Position numbers and translations under genes: made by a program. From assembly GCA_963843145.1 (NCBI GenBank), contig CAWJJC010000027.1, positions 256,001 to 320,000 of the forward strand: 64,000 bases of DNA, written 5' to 3'. Each line of letters opens with the position of its first letter. Within the stretch, counting starts at the first letter, position 1. Shown here piece by piece: positions 9,541-18,479 of the stretch. This DNA is from an uncultured delta proteobacterium. Lineage in GTDB: Bacteria > Desulfobacterota > RBG-13-43-22. The notes beneath the pieces are model-generated. The model searched no databases, was not told where the DNA came from, and saw only the letters and a program-made list of their open reading frames with translations.

Positions 9541-10713
9541 ATGATTCCTGATTCTTTCCTTCGCTTTTATGATGCCGAACTGTCCCGTTTCCGGCAGAAT
9601 GGCCTTTACCGCTCGCTGCGCGTGGTGGAGGGCCCGATCGGTCCGACTATCCAAATCGATGGCCGGTCCCTGATCCAGTTTTCCTCCAATGACTATTTAG
9701 GGCTGGCCACCCATCCCCGGATGATCGAAGAGGCGGGGGCCGTCACGAAACAATTGGGGACCGGTATGGGGGCCTCCCGGCTAATTTCCGGAAATCAACA
9801 AAACCATTCCCAACTGGAAAAGGAATTGGCTCTTTTCAAAGAGACCGGGGCCGCCCTTATCTTCTCCTCGGGTTATCTCACCCATATCGGGACCATTCCC
9901 GCACTGGTTGGGGAAGGTGATTTGATCTTCAGCGATGCCCTCAACCACGCCAGTTTGGTGGATGCCTGCCGCCTCAGTTCGGCCAAAGTGGAAATTTACC
10001 CTCACTTGCAGGTTGATTTTATTAAAAAACGGCTCCAGGGTACCCCCCCCAGACCCGGCACCCGGATACTCATAGCCACGGACGGGGTTTTCAGCATGGA
10101 CGGCGACCTGGCACCGCTTCCGGAACTGATGAAACTGTCTGAAAAATTCGGAGCTCTGGTTCTGGTCGATGACGCCCATGCCACCGGGGTTTTGGGTCCC
10201 CGGGGGGAAGGCTCCGCGGGATACTGGCAACTGGACCCGGAGGGACTGTTGACCATGGGGACTTTCAGCAAGGCCCTGGGGTCCTTGGGCGGTTTTATTA
10301 GCGGACCTGAAACGGTGATCGAGTACCTGCGCAACACCGCTCGAACCCTCTTCTATTCCACGGCGCTACCACCCTCGGTCTGCGCGGCCGCACGCTGCGC
10401 CCTGCGTCTGCTGGCGGATGAACCCCAACGGCTTCAAACGCTCCGGGCCAATATCGTCTATTTTCAGCAAGGCTTGAAAAGGATCGGGATCGACCCCTCC
10501 GCGCATCCGGTGCCGATCATTCCGATCGTCGTGGGGTCGGAGGACAAGGCCCTGCGTCTTTCCGAAGCCCTGGGGGACAGGGGGCTCTTTATTCCGGCCA
10601 TCCGCCCGCCCACCGTACCCGCCAACCAGTGCCGCCTGCGGATCAGTCTCATGGCCACCCATACCCGGGAACACCTGGATGAACTTTTGTCGGCGTTGCG
10701 GGCGTTGCTTTAG
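9541..10713 (+). CDS. bioF: 8-amino-7-oxononanoate synthase
   Basis: FSSNDYLGL, NHASLVD, DGVFSMDGD, DDAHATG, GTFSKALG, IRPPTVP. Confidence 0.95.
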   Translation: MIPDSFLRFYDAELSRFRQNGLYRSLRVVEGPIGPTIQIDGRSLIQFSSNDYLGLATHPRMIEEAGAVTKQLGTGMGASRLISGNQQNHSQLEKELALFKETGAALIFSSGYLTHIGTIPALVGEGDLIFSDALNHASLVDACRLSSAKVEIYPHLQVDFIKKRLQGTPPRPGTRILIATDGVFSMDGDLAPLPELMKLSEKFGALVLVDDAHATGVLGPRGEGSAGYWQLDPEGLLTMGTFSKALGSLGGFISGPETVIEYLRNTARTLFYSTALPPSVCAAARCALRLLADEPQRLQTLRANIVYFQQGLKRIGIDPSAHPVPIIPIVVGSEDKALRLSEALGDRGLFIPAIRPPTVPANQCRLRISLMATHTREHLDELLSALRALL

Positions 10714-10813
10714 GAGGAAAGAGTAAGAGGAACAGGGTGTAGGGTAGAGGGTCTCGGGGGTAGAGAAAGATGCAAAGGATACTGAATATGAATAACGTAG
10801 CCCGATTAAGGAG

Positions 10814-11656
10814 ATGATTTTTCGCCGAACGCCGAACACCGAACACTCAACAGCAATTGCTCGGCACCGAACAACGAACGCGGGTCCGGGTATCTTCATT
10901 ACCGGGACCGACACCGGGGTGGGAAAGACCATCGTTTCCGCCGCCTTGATTCTGGCCCTAAAGAAACAGGGAATTGACTGCGGTTACTTTAAACCGGCGG
11001 CCAGCGGAGCGGTAAAAACCAAAACCGGATGGATGTCGCCGGATCTGCGGCTGATCTTGAATACCACTGGACTGATGGATCCTCCGCCTTTGATGAACCC
11101 GGTCTGCCTCGTCCCCCCCTTGGCCCCGCTGCCGGCAGCCGAATACTCCGGGGTCGAATGGTCTCGATCTATAATCAATAAAGCCCTCAAACTTCTCCAG
11201 CGTTATCACGACTTCCTGGTGGTGGAAGGGGTGGGTGGGCTGATGGTGCCCTTGAAAAAAAAGTTCTGGGTGATCGACCTGATTAAACAGGTAGGGTTTC
11301 CAGTCCTGGTAATCGGACGTCCAAACCTGGGCACGATCAACCATACCCTGATGACACTGACCCTGCTTAAATTGCATGGGATCAAAGTGTTGGGCTTCTT
11401 GTTTAACGGGCAAAAAGGCAAACCCGACATGGCCGAAAGAACCGCCCCCCAAATTATCCAAGGCTATTCAAAAATCCCCTATTGGGGGACCCTGCCCTGG
11501 GACCCAAGGGTGTCCGAAGAAAAATTTCGGCTGGGTTCAATTCCCCATCGGTTGGAGGTCATAGTGACTCGTTATATAAAATCCTTGAATGCCGGCTCAA
11601 TCTCATCCTTACCGAAAACATCCTCTATGGAGGGGAGGCATTCAAGGATTCTATGA
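10814..11656 (+). CDS. bioD: Dethiobiotin synthase (start uncertain)
   Basis: FITGTDTGVGKT, FKP, VVEGVGG, LGTINHT. Confidence 0.92.
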   Translation: MIFRRTPNTEHSTAIARHRTTNAGPGIFITGTDTGVGKTIVSAALILALKKQGIDCGYFKPAASGAVKTKTGWMSPDLRLILNTTGLMDPPPLMNPVCLVPPLAPLPAAEYSGVEWSRSIINKALKLLQRYHDFLVVEGVGGLMVPLKKKFWVIDLIKQVGFPVLVIGRPNLGTINHTLMTLTLLKLHGIKVLGFLFNGQKGKPDMAERTAPQIIQGYSKIPYWGTLPWDPRVSEEKFRLGSIPHRLEVIVTRYIKSLNAGSISSLPKTSSMEGRHSRIL

Positions 11657-11922
11657 AGATCAGCCTGACTTTCCTGGAAGGGACCGGGACCTGCGCCCGT
11701 TGCGGTCTAAAAAAAATCGACCTGGATTTTGCCGGGCAGACGCTGGAGGATCTGTTGCGCTTGCTCCCGGAGAATCTGGGTCCGGAGGTGGAAAACGACT
11801 TAAAAGATCCGGCCTTGCAACTGATCCTCAACGGCCGGATTCTGGCAGCCCCCTTTGATCGGCGAGAGGAATTGCATCCCGGAGACCAGCTCACTTTTTT
11901 GAAGGCCCTCGATGGAGGCTAA
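11653..11922 (+). CDS. MoaD/ThiS-like ubiquitin-fold protein
   Basis: 89 aa from ATG 11653 (ATGA overlap with bioD stop, GGAGG upstream); LILNGR...LHPGDQLTFLKALDGG; N-terminal CARC. Confidence 0.8.
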   Translation: MKISLTFLEGTGTCARCGLKKIDLDFAGQTLEDLLRLLPENLGPEVENDLKDPALQLILNGRILAAPFDRREELHPGDQLTFLKALDGG

Positions 11923-11993
11923 TCCCTAATATAATTCTTGACAATTACCGGGTTCTTTTTGGATACTTAATCTACCTACCTTTGGTGGCGTAA

Positions 11994-12166
11994 ACGAAGC
12001 ATGAAAATAAGGATTGACCATGATTCGTCATTCCGGACAAACGAAGTGCGATCCGGAATCCAGCCTCGGGCAAGCTCCGGAGGTCCTGGATACCGGATCA
12101 AGTCCGGTATGACGACCGTGGACAAAAGCCTAAAAAACGGTATTCAATTTTATTTACATACTAAAC
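11994..12166. repeat. Composite REP/MITE-like element, copy A
   Basis: ACGAAGCATGAAAAT...GTCATTCCGGAC...CCGGTATGAC...GCCTAAAAAACGGT; colinear with 18713-18888. Confidence 0.75.
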
Positions 12167-12170
12167 TCCT

Positions 12171-12750
12171 ATGGCCTCCCCTGCTGAAAAAAACCAAAAA
12201 TTTACCTACGGCGATTACCTATCGTGGACGGATGAAGAACGGTGGGAGATAATTGACGGAGAACCTTTTAATATAACCCCCACTCCCTCCCGACGGCATC
12301 AAGACGTCCTAATGGCCCTGGCCAGCAAATTTTACAATTTTTTGGAAGATAAACCCTGTGAAGTATACGTAGCCCCTTTTGATGTCCGCCTTCCGGAGGG
12401 CGATCAATCTGAAAAGGACATTACCTCGGTAGTTCAGCCGGACCTGACCGTTATCTGCGATCCCGCCAAACTGGACGACAAGGGCTGCCTGGGCAGTCCG
12501 GACCTGATCATCGAAATTATTTCCCCCTCCACCGCCGCCCATGATTACATCGAAAAACTAGCCTTGTACGAAAGCCGGCAGGTCCCGGAGTACTGGATCG
12601 TGCATCCCATTGATAAGACCGCCATGGTCTTTCAGTTGAACGACAACCATGAATACGGAAAACCTCGCATCTATGCTCGGGGATCACCAAATTCAAGTCG
12701 GCCTGTTCCCGGACCTGGTGATCGATCTAAAAAAGATATTCAGGGATTGA
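12171..12750 (+). CDS. Uma2 family (DUF820) endonuclease-fold protein, frameshift near 12680
   Basis: WEIIDGE, VVQPDL, PDLIIEIISPST, VPEYWIVHP; C-terminal QVGLFPDLVIDLKKIF lies in another frame. Confidence 0.8.
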
Positions 12751-12882
12751 CGACTGACACAGAATGTTTAAATTTTTGCTTTGAACCCGAAACCCGAAGG
12801 GCTATTGTTTCGATCATTTGGATTTTGAACATTCGGGCTTGTTTCGGATTTCGTGCTTCGAATTTCGGATTTAGGGATCACG

Positions 12883-13416
12883 ATGGAAATATATCCCCCT
12901 GATTTACAAGAAACCGTCCGCTTCCACGGGCATCTCTGCCCGGGCCTGCTCATCGGCTACCGGGCGGCGAAGGCGGCCATGGAAAAACTGGGCGTGACCC
13001 GTTCCGAAGACGAGGAACTGGTGGCCGTGGTGGAAAACCAGAGCTGCAGCGTCGACGCCGTGCAGTCCTTGTGCGGCTGCACCTTCGGCAAGGGCAATCT
13101 CTTTTTTCTGGATTATGGAAAACAGGTGTTTACGATCGGATCGCGCAAATCGGGAAAAACGGTACGGATCGCCCTGCGGGGAGACCTGGTCAAGCCGACC
13201 GGTCCCGACGGCCGGACCGACCGGGAAAAATTCATCGAGCAGCTTTTGAACGATCCCCTGGAGTCGCTCTACCGGGTCTCGGAACCCCAAATCGAATTCC
13301 CCGCCGAAGCCCAGATTTTCCCCACCCTCGTCTGCAGCCGCTGCGGCGAAGGCGTCATGGAAACCCGCACCGTCACCCGCGACGGCCGCCTCTACTGCAT
13401 ACCCTGCGCTCGCTAA
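12883..13416 (+). CDS. FmdE family protein with C-terminal zinc finger
   Basis: FHGHLCPG, CSVDAVQ, CTFGKGN, CSRCGE...CIPC. Confidence 0.88.
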   Translation: MEIYPPDLQETVRFHGHLCPGLLIGYRAAKAAMEKLGVTRSEDEELVAVVENQSCSVDAVQSLCGCTFGKGNLFFLDYGKQVFTIGSRKSGKTVRIALRGDLVKPTGPDGRTDREKFIEQLLNDPLESLYRVSEPQIEFPAEAQIFPTLVCSRCGEGVMETRTVTRDGRLYCIPCAR

Positions 13417-13533
13417 CGAGGTGATCGGCTAACCTTCCCGGAAATCGCCGGCCAGCTCCAAAACCCGCTGCAACGAATCTGTATACCGGGGGCGGCGTAG
13501 ACTTGGGATCAAGTCGCCATAGTCATTAGAAAT

Positions 13534-13562
13534 ATCTAACCGGTGCAGCGACTTGTTAAGCC
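13534..13562 (-). mobile_element. Collapsed attC-like site
   Basis: Minus strand GCTTAAC (contains the antitoxin stop)-AAGTCGCTGCACCG-GTTAGAT; centre missing. Confidence 0.5.
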
Positions 13563-13835
13563 TTCTTTTCAACTAAATAGCCCGATACGTACTTATGAAT
13601 GATACTTGATACGAGAGTCTGGTATGGAATGCCTTCTCGTGCCGCAATTACCTGAACCTCGTCGAGATCCTTGGAAGACATTCGAATGTTAATCCTTTTA
13701 TCTTTTTGAAGGGTTTTTTGCGTATTGCTGGAGCTTCTTAAATTCCTTTTTTGCATTCTTGACCGGCACCCATTCTCCTCGTTCATATGATTCAAGGATA
13801 TCTTTTTCCTCTTCGTCCAATACTAACTTTTTCAT
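13556..13835 (-). CDS. CopG/BrnA-like antitoxin (frameshift in A-run ~13715)
   Basis: MKKLVLDEEEKDILESYERGEW...KDKRINIRMSSKDL...EGIPYQTLVSSIIHKYV. Confidence 0.75.
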
Positions 13836-13921
13836 GTCTTTAACCTCACGTACTTATTGGTAGCTTTTCTGCTGGGAATGATGGTCTTGAGGAATATTTC
13901 ATCATTATTTTCAACATACGG
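13832..13921 (-). pseudogene. C-terminal fragment of BrnT-like toxin
   Basis: PYVENNDEIFLKTIIPSRKATNKY overlaps the antitoxin start; 5' part absent. Confidence 0.65.
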
Positions 13922-13948
13922 ATCAAGTCGCCATATTCCTGGAACTAT

Positions 13949-15166
13949 TTAATATGTCTCGTCATTGGAAGAGACGGCCGGTGAAAAAAACCCGGCGATA
14001 CCCTTGTAGATGGGTGTGAGAGAAGAGCGGTCGAAGCCGGGAGGGTCCTTTGCCCACGCACCCAGACCACGAACGATCTCGTCAGGCAGGGGGGAGAGGA
14101 TCGACATGTGACCTCCCCCCTTGAGCGTGCCAAGGGCCGTGCACGAGGAACAGGTCGCTTCCACGGCGAGTACGTGCCATCGGGGAGCGAGCACCTGATC
14201 CTTGTCGGCGGAGATGAGACCCGTTGAAGCGCGAAGGGCGCGGAGGCTTGCCGGGTCGATGACGGCGGCCACCGGCACTGCCGCAACCACCGCCTTCACC
14301 CGGCCGTCCTGATGGCCGTATTCCCTGCTGTCCACCTTGCCGGACTTGGCCCCCTCCACGAATTGTTTCTTGAGACGTTCCATCATCTCCTGGTCAAGTT
14401 TTCCCGCGACCATTTCCCGGAAGGCGCAGAACCCCTTATCTTCTTCGAGGTGATCGGCACAATGCTGGACGAGGCGATTCAGGCTCCACGTGGCGCCCGC
14501 AAACTCGAGGGCCGTGAGCCCTCCCGCCGACATGCCGAAGACACCGACTTTGTCCCTGTTGAGCAGGGGGGCAAAACGCCGTTCTCCCTGAACCCGGTCA
14601 ATAGCCGAGGACACCTCGGCCGGTCGTAGCTTCCAAGATTCAGGGCCGGTCTTCGTCTGATCCCGCCAGTTGTCGCCCTGGTGTTCCGGCGCCGCAACGA
14701 CGAACCCTGCCTCCACGAGGACGCGCGCCAGGTCGTGATACAACATGGCGGAGCCCCCCGACCCGTGAGAGAGTATGATCAGGCCGCCGTTGCCGCGAAT
14801 GGGCGCACCATCCCAAGCGGCGCTCAGCACGAAGGGACCCCTGGTGAGGGTAGTTTCCGGAGCATCGCTCGGGTACCAGAGGGTGATTGGGCCGGAAGGC
14901 GATCCCTGACCCGACAGCGCGGGAAGGGTGGCGCTACCCATGGCCCTTACCGGAGAAGGACCGGCCAGAACCATTGCCAATATGAGGAACGGAAGAAAAG
15001 AAAAAACGGTCGAAATTGCGAAACATCGACTAAGACGGGTCATGACGAACATCCTCACTTTCATAGGTGGTTTTTCGCGGGGGTTAGTCGGGGTCCGTCG
15101 GGGGAGTCGGGCCACGCCAACCAATTGATAATTAAACATTGTCAAACCGTACTGCTTCCTGGCCAA
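13949..15166 (-). CDS. Exported alpha/beta hydrolase (dienelactone hydrolase-like; true start probably downstream of 15166)
   Basis: ILSHGSGGS, GMSAGG nucleophile, GGHMS; hydrophobic N-terminal signal. Confidence 0.75.
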   Translation of the reverse strand: MARKQYGLTMFNYQLVGVARLPRRTPTNPREKPPMKVRMFVMTRLSRCFAISTVFSFLPFLILAMVLAGPSPVRAMGSATLPALSGQGSPSGPITLWYPSDAPETTLTRGPFVLSAAWDGAPIRGNGGLIILSHGSGGSAMLYHDLARVLVEAGFVVAAPEHQGDNWRDQTKTGPESWKLRPAEVSSAIDRVQGERRFAPLLNRDKVGVFGMSAGGLTALEFAGATWSLNRLVQHCADHLEEDKGFCAFREMVAGKLDQEMMERLKKQFVEGAKSGKVDSREYGHQDGRVKAVVAAVPVAAVIDPASLRALRASTGLISADKDQVLAPRWHVLAVEATCSSCTALGTLKGGGHMSILSPLPDEIVRGLGAWAKDPPGFDRSSLTPIYKGIAGFFSPAVSSNDETY

Positions 15167-15236
15167 GTATAACCACTTTTAGAGAGCAAGATTGCCAACA
15201 ATCTATCTAAAATCAGTTAGTTCGCGTGGCCAGACC

Positions 15237-15391
15237 CAAAGCTGTTAACTTAACAGATTTAGTCCTAAAATTAAGTCGTTGCCGTCATTCCGGCGGAAAG
15301 CCGGAATCCAGATTTTTCAGGCCTTCTGGACCCCGCCTTTCGCCGGGATGACACTTTAGGCAAGGGAATTACCCTTAAGTTAACAGCATTG
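15237..15391. mobile_element. MITE with IS4-like terminal inverted repeats
   Basis: CAAAGCTGTTAACTTAAC / CTTAAGTTAACAGCATTG ends; flanks GGCCAGACC and GGCCCGACC (8/9 direct repeat); internal REP-like palindrome. Confidence 0.65.
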
Positions 15392-15420
15392 GGCCCGACC
15401 CCCATTCCGATCCCCACGAA

Positions 15421-15464
15421 GTGAAACGACATTTTAGGATCGTCTCAATCCTAATTGGTTAGGC
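15421..15464 (-). mobile_element. Truncated attC-like site
   Basis: Minus strand GCCTAAC contains the DUF2442 stop, then AGGATTGAGACGATCCT..GTCGTTTCA, nearly identical to the 16302-16357 site. Confidence 0.6.
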
Positions 15465-15701
15465 CGGGACGGATTGTGCCCAAAGTGTCTCGGGTGCAAT
15501 ATCTATATTTCCGGGCCAAACTACGGTTCCATATCCGACAGATGCCTTAAAGAAAAGAGGAGAATTAAAGAGTTTGACAAATGGCTTTTTATTAAGAAAA
15601 GGCTTCATGTCAAATAGTCGTTTATCCCCATTTTCAAAAACAAGCTCTAACGTATAGTCCTCATGACTTTTCACGCTGATAACATCCATCAGTGTTTCCA
15701 T
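15459..15701 (-). CDS. DUF2442 family protein (putative antitoxin)
   Basis: DYTLELVFENG...FDMKPFL...GTVVWPGNIDIAPETL. Confidence 0.8.
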   Translation of the reverse strand: METLMDVISVKSHEDYTLELVFENGDKRLFDMKPFLNKKPFVKLFNSPLFFKASVGYGTVVWPGNIDIAPETLWAQSVPA

Positions 15702-16301
15702 TATGTCAGTAAAACCGTCTCCTTAATTCGCCCTTTTATAAAGAGGATGTTGTTAATTTTATTCACTTTTAGGATTACCACAGTTTAGTCTACTAGTAAA
15801 CCTCAAAAAAAGTTATCACTAATGAAAAGGGGTGATTCTTTAAGCAAGAAAGAAGAAGTATCATGATGACCGATTTGATATGACAAGACGATCCAAGCCC
15901 TCATCAAAGTGAAAAATACACCGTCTTCTTCTGCTATCCCAAACCCGGGAGCCGGCGGTTGAGAACGATGGCCCTTGATTCCCTGGAATTCATCCGGCGT
16001 TTCCTTCATCACGGGTCTTACGCCTCAATTGACCTTCGACAGTTCTTGAACGGTCTGCCTACGACCCTTTTCTTAAATCCAAAATGTCAAAGAACTAAAT
16101 CGGCAGGGACTTCTATGCCCTGAGTCTGAAAAACCAATTGATTCTTCCAAATGATGGGTGAAAATGGCGAAGTTTACTTTCTTAAACCACTTTACCTGTC
16201 CTCTTCCGGTCTTCTTGGTCCGACACCTTCTCTGATCCACTCCTCAGTCTTCCCACCTCTTACCTTTACCCTATATACTTCATCTAAATATAGCCGGGCT
16301 T

Positions 16302-16357
16302 CTTGAACAAGGGATTGAAACGACCTTTCAGGATCGTCTCAATCCTTATGGTTATGC
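16302..16357 (-). mobile_element. attC-like site
   Basis: GCATAAC...GGATTGAGACGATCCT-GAA-AGGTCGTTTCAATCC...GTTCAAG, 56-bp imperfect hairpin at a gene 3' end. Confidence 0.65.
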
Positions 16358-17403
16358 GCCTCTTTTTGGTCTGATCTCCACGGATAGTTTCCAGAGTAGC
16401 GGTCCCGTAGTTCTTCAATCGTTGATTCGGCCCATTGGACGGCTTCGATCAAAACCTTTTCGATGTCGGTAAAATCGTATTCGATCTCCAAGATGGTTTG
16501 GAAGTCACACTTAGGCCACGGGTGACAAACGTCGATTGGGAGCCACGCAGTCTCATCACAATTGTTGTCACGCGGAGCATTTCTATGATTGGAAGCTCCG
16601 CCGCCTGTCCAGCACGTGATGAATCGTCCACTACAACGAACCGACACACAGGCGCTACCGCCGTAAGTTTCTGACGCAAATCGTACTCGGGCACTTCACG
16701 CACATCCTGGAGGGTAAAGCCGTAGTACCCCAGGGCACCAAGAACTCCGTGATTCTCTGAATACGCTCTGTGCCCTCCGGACCGAAATCGCCAAGGAGAA
16801 GGACATGCCCCTTCTTGAAGCGTTCTAAATAATCGCTGACGGTCGTCTTGAATCGCTTCACGCCGCCGGCGTAAACGCTCGCCTGCACAAGCACTTCATC
16901 CATTGCCCGCTCTACAGCCTTTTCAACCGACCAGTAATCGGATGCCCTGTTGGCGAAAAACTCGGCGTAAGAAATCCGCCGAGACTGTCGCCTAAACGTC
17001 CACTGAAGATTTTCAAGTGTGACGGAAGCTTCCGGCCCTTCAAGCCGAAGTGGAATTCGGTCTTCAACAGTGCAGGATACCATTTTGAAGTCGCGCCCGG
17101 TCAGACAAATAGAAATCCCCATCATTTTCGATGAGCCCTCTCGGATAGCCATAGAAGTACTCATCCGCGTGACGGCTGCCAAAAGAAGCCTCTATCGTGC
17201 CGGTGGTACCTGGCCATACTCGTAGCCGACTCCGTAAGTCGTTGATACGTAACCAACAACCTTAGAGTCTTGCAGATGCCGAACCCGTAGCAAATCCCTG
17301 CGATACTCCTCGGGCACGTAGGTAACGAGTTTGTCGAATAAACGCGGTGGAACGTTTCAAGATATGCACGAAAATCATCATTTGTGATATTTGACATGGA
17401 CAC
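16339..17403 (-). pseudogene. Multiply frameshifted ~340-aa protein with C-terminal TIR/NDT-like alpha/beta domain
   Basis: ORF pieces 17161-17403, 16655-17182, 16449-16703 and 16339-16647 join: HVLLLGDF...GYYGFTL...DLRQKL...CRFVVVDDSSRAGQAAEL. Confidence 0.5.
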
Positions 17404-17425
17404 CCATCAACATTCTCTTATTCTG

Positions 17426-17483
17426 GGCTAACGTTCAAATCAGCGGCGCGGCTTTTTGCGTCCGCTGAATTTATTTGTTGACA
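17426..17483 (-). mobile_element. attC-like site
   Basis: TGTCAAC-aaataaat-TCAGCGGACGC-aaaaagcc-GCGCCGCTGA-tttgaac-GTTAGCC, 58 bp with an extrahelical base. Confidence 0.75.
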
Positions 17484-18273
17484 AATTGTTTATTTTAAAT
17501 TCTGGTAAGCACAAATATGCATCTGAAATATCTTTATCAATATCGTCTTTGTAAATATTTTTTAATTCTTTCACATGATGCACATATTTTTCTTTTAACC
17601 ATTGATATTTAATAAGTATTGAAGGATCAGAACTCTTTAATCCTTCTTTGATAATTTGACCTAACTCATGCATATACTGTGGATAGTCATATGTAGGATC
17701 ATCAAGCTCGGATTGTGATTCTGTTATATAATCTATGTAATACATTCCATCTGAATCTTTCTTCAACAGACTCATGATGCTTTCTTTTTCATGATGGGCA
17801 AAATGGTGTTTCCCATGAGCCTTCATGCCAGAAATAATTATCGACTCATCAAGGATAACTCTTGGATAGAGAGCCGCTTTTGATTCAAGCGTATATGCAT
17901 TGACCATTGCAGGGCCAAATAAATATTTCTCTGTATGGACAAGCTTCCCTCTAACAATTCCTCCACGGCATAAAATTCCATGACGTACTAAGCTTATTTG
18001 GATCCATAGAATCGTCAATAATGAATTAAAGACACCACTTTCTTCATCAGATAGGAAAGAGATAACCAATGAGTCTGAAAACTGTGTGATTTGCTTCCCC
18101 TCATTTCCTTCTGGCTTGTCCATGTCCGTAAAATATCTAATTGCTTCTATTGAACTTGCAATATTATCGATATTTTTTATATTTTCTTTATTATCTTTAG
18201 TGTCTGTTTTTTTGACATGAGCCTTGAAACCAAGGATGTCCATAAAACAGACAATTCTATCTTCGTATTCCAT
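17440..18273 (-). CDS. Class III nucleotidyl cyclase-like protein
   Basis: FMDILGF, QFSDSL, RGGIVRG, FGPAMVNAYTLES, YPRVILD; visibly AT-rich. Confidence 0.6.
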   Translation of the reverse strand: MEYEDRIVCFMDILGFKAHVKKTDTKDNKENIKNIDNIASSIEAIRYFTDMDKPEGNEGKQITQFSDSLVISFLSDEESGVFNSLLTILWIQISLVRHGILCRGGIVRGKLVHTEKYLFGPAMVNAYTLESKAALYPRVILDESIIISGMKAHGKHHFAHHEKESIMSLLKKDSDGMYYIDYITESQSELDDPTYDYPQYMHELGQIIKEGLKSSDPSILIKYQWLKEKYVHHVKELKNIYKDDIDKDISDAYLCLPEFKINNLSTNKFSGRKKPRR

Positions 18274-18479
18274 TTTTCCTCTTGCCAACAATATATTGAA
18301 TAGTTTCTTTTCAAATACTAAGCAGTTCCGCAATTATCAAAAATAAACGTGAATTCAATTGATAGATCTAATTGATATTATTATATTATTTAAGTTGTTC
18401 AATACCGAATTAGTATTCTTGGGAGGTTTCTTTTCAATGTCTAGGCTACCCGTGCGGGAAAAGATAGATCCTGGACCAG

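Noticed and set aside
15803-16290. ORF 15803-16012 and flanking DNA as a gene or mobile element
   Set aside because: It may be a mobile-element remnant, but I can identify no motif, ends or transposase.
15421-16357. GAAACGAC...AGGATCGTCTCAATCC repeat as a CRISPR repeat
   Set aside because: Only two copies about 900 bp apart, no spacers or cas genes; better explained as attC-like hairpins.
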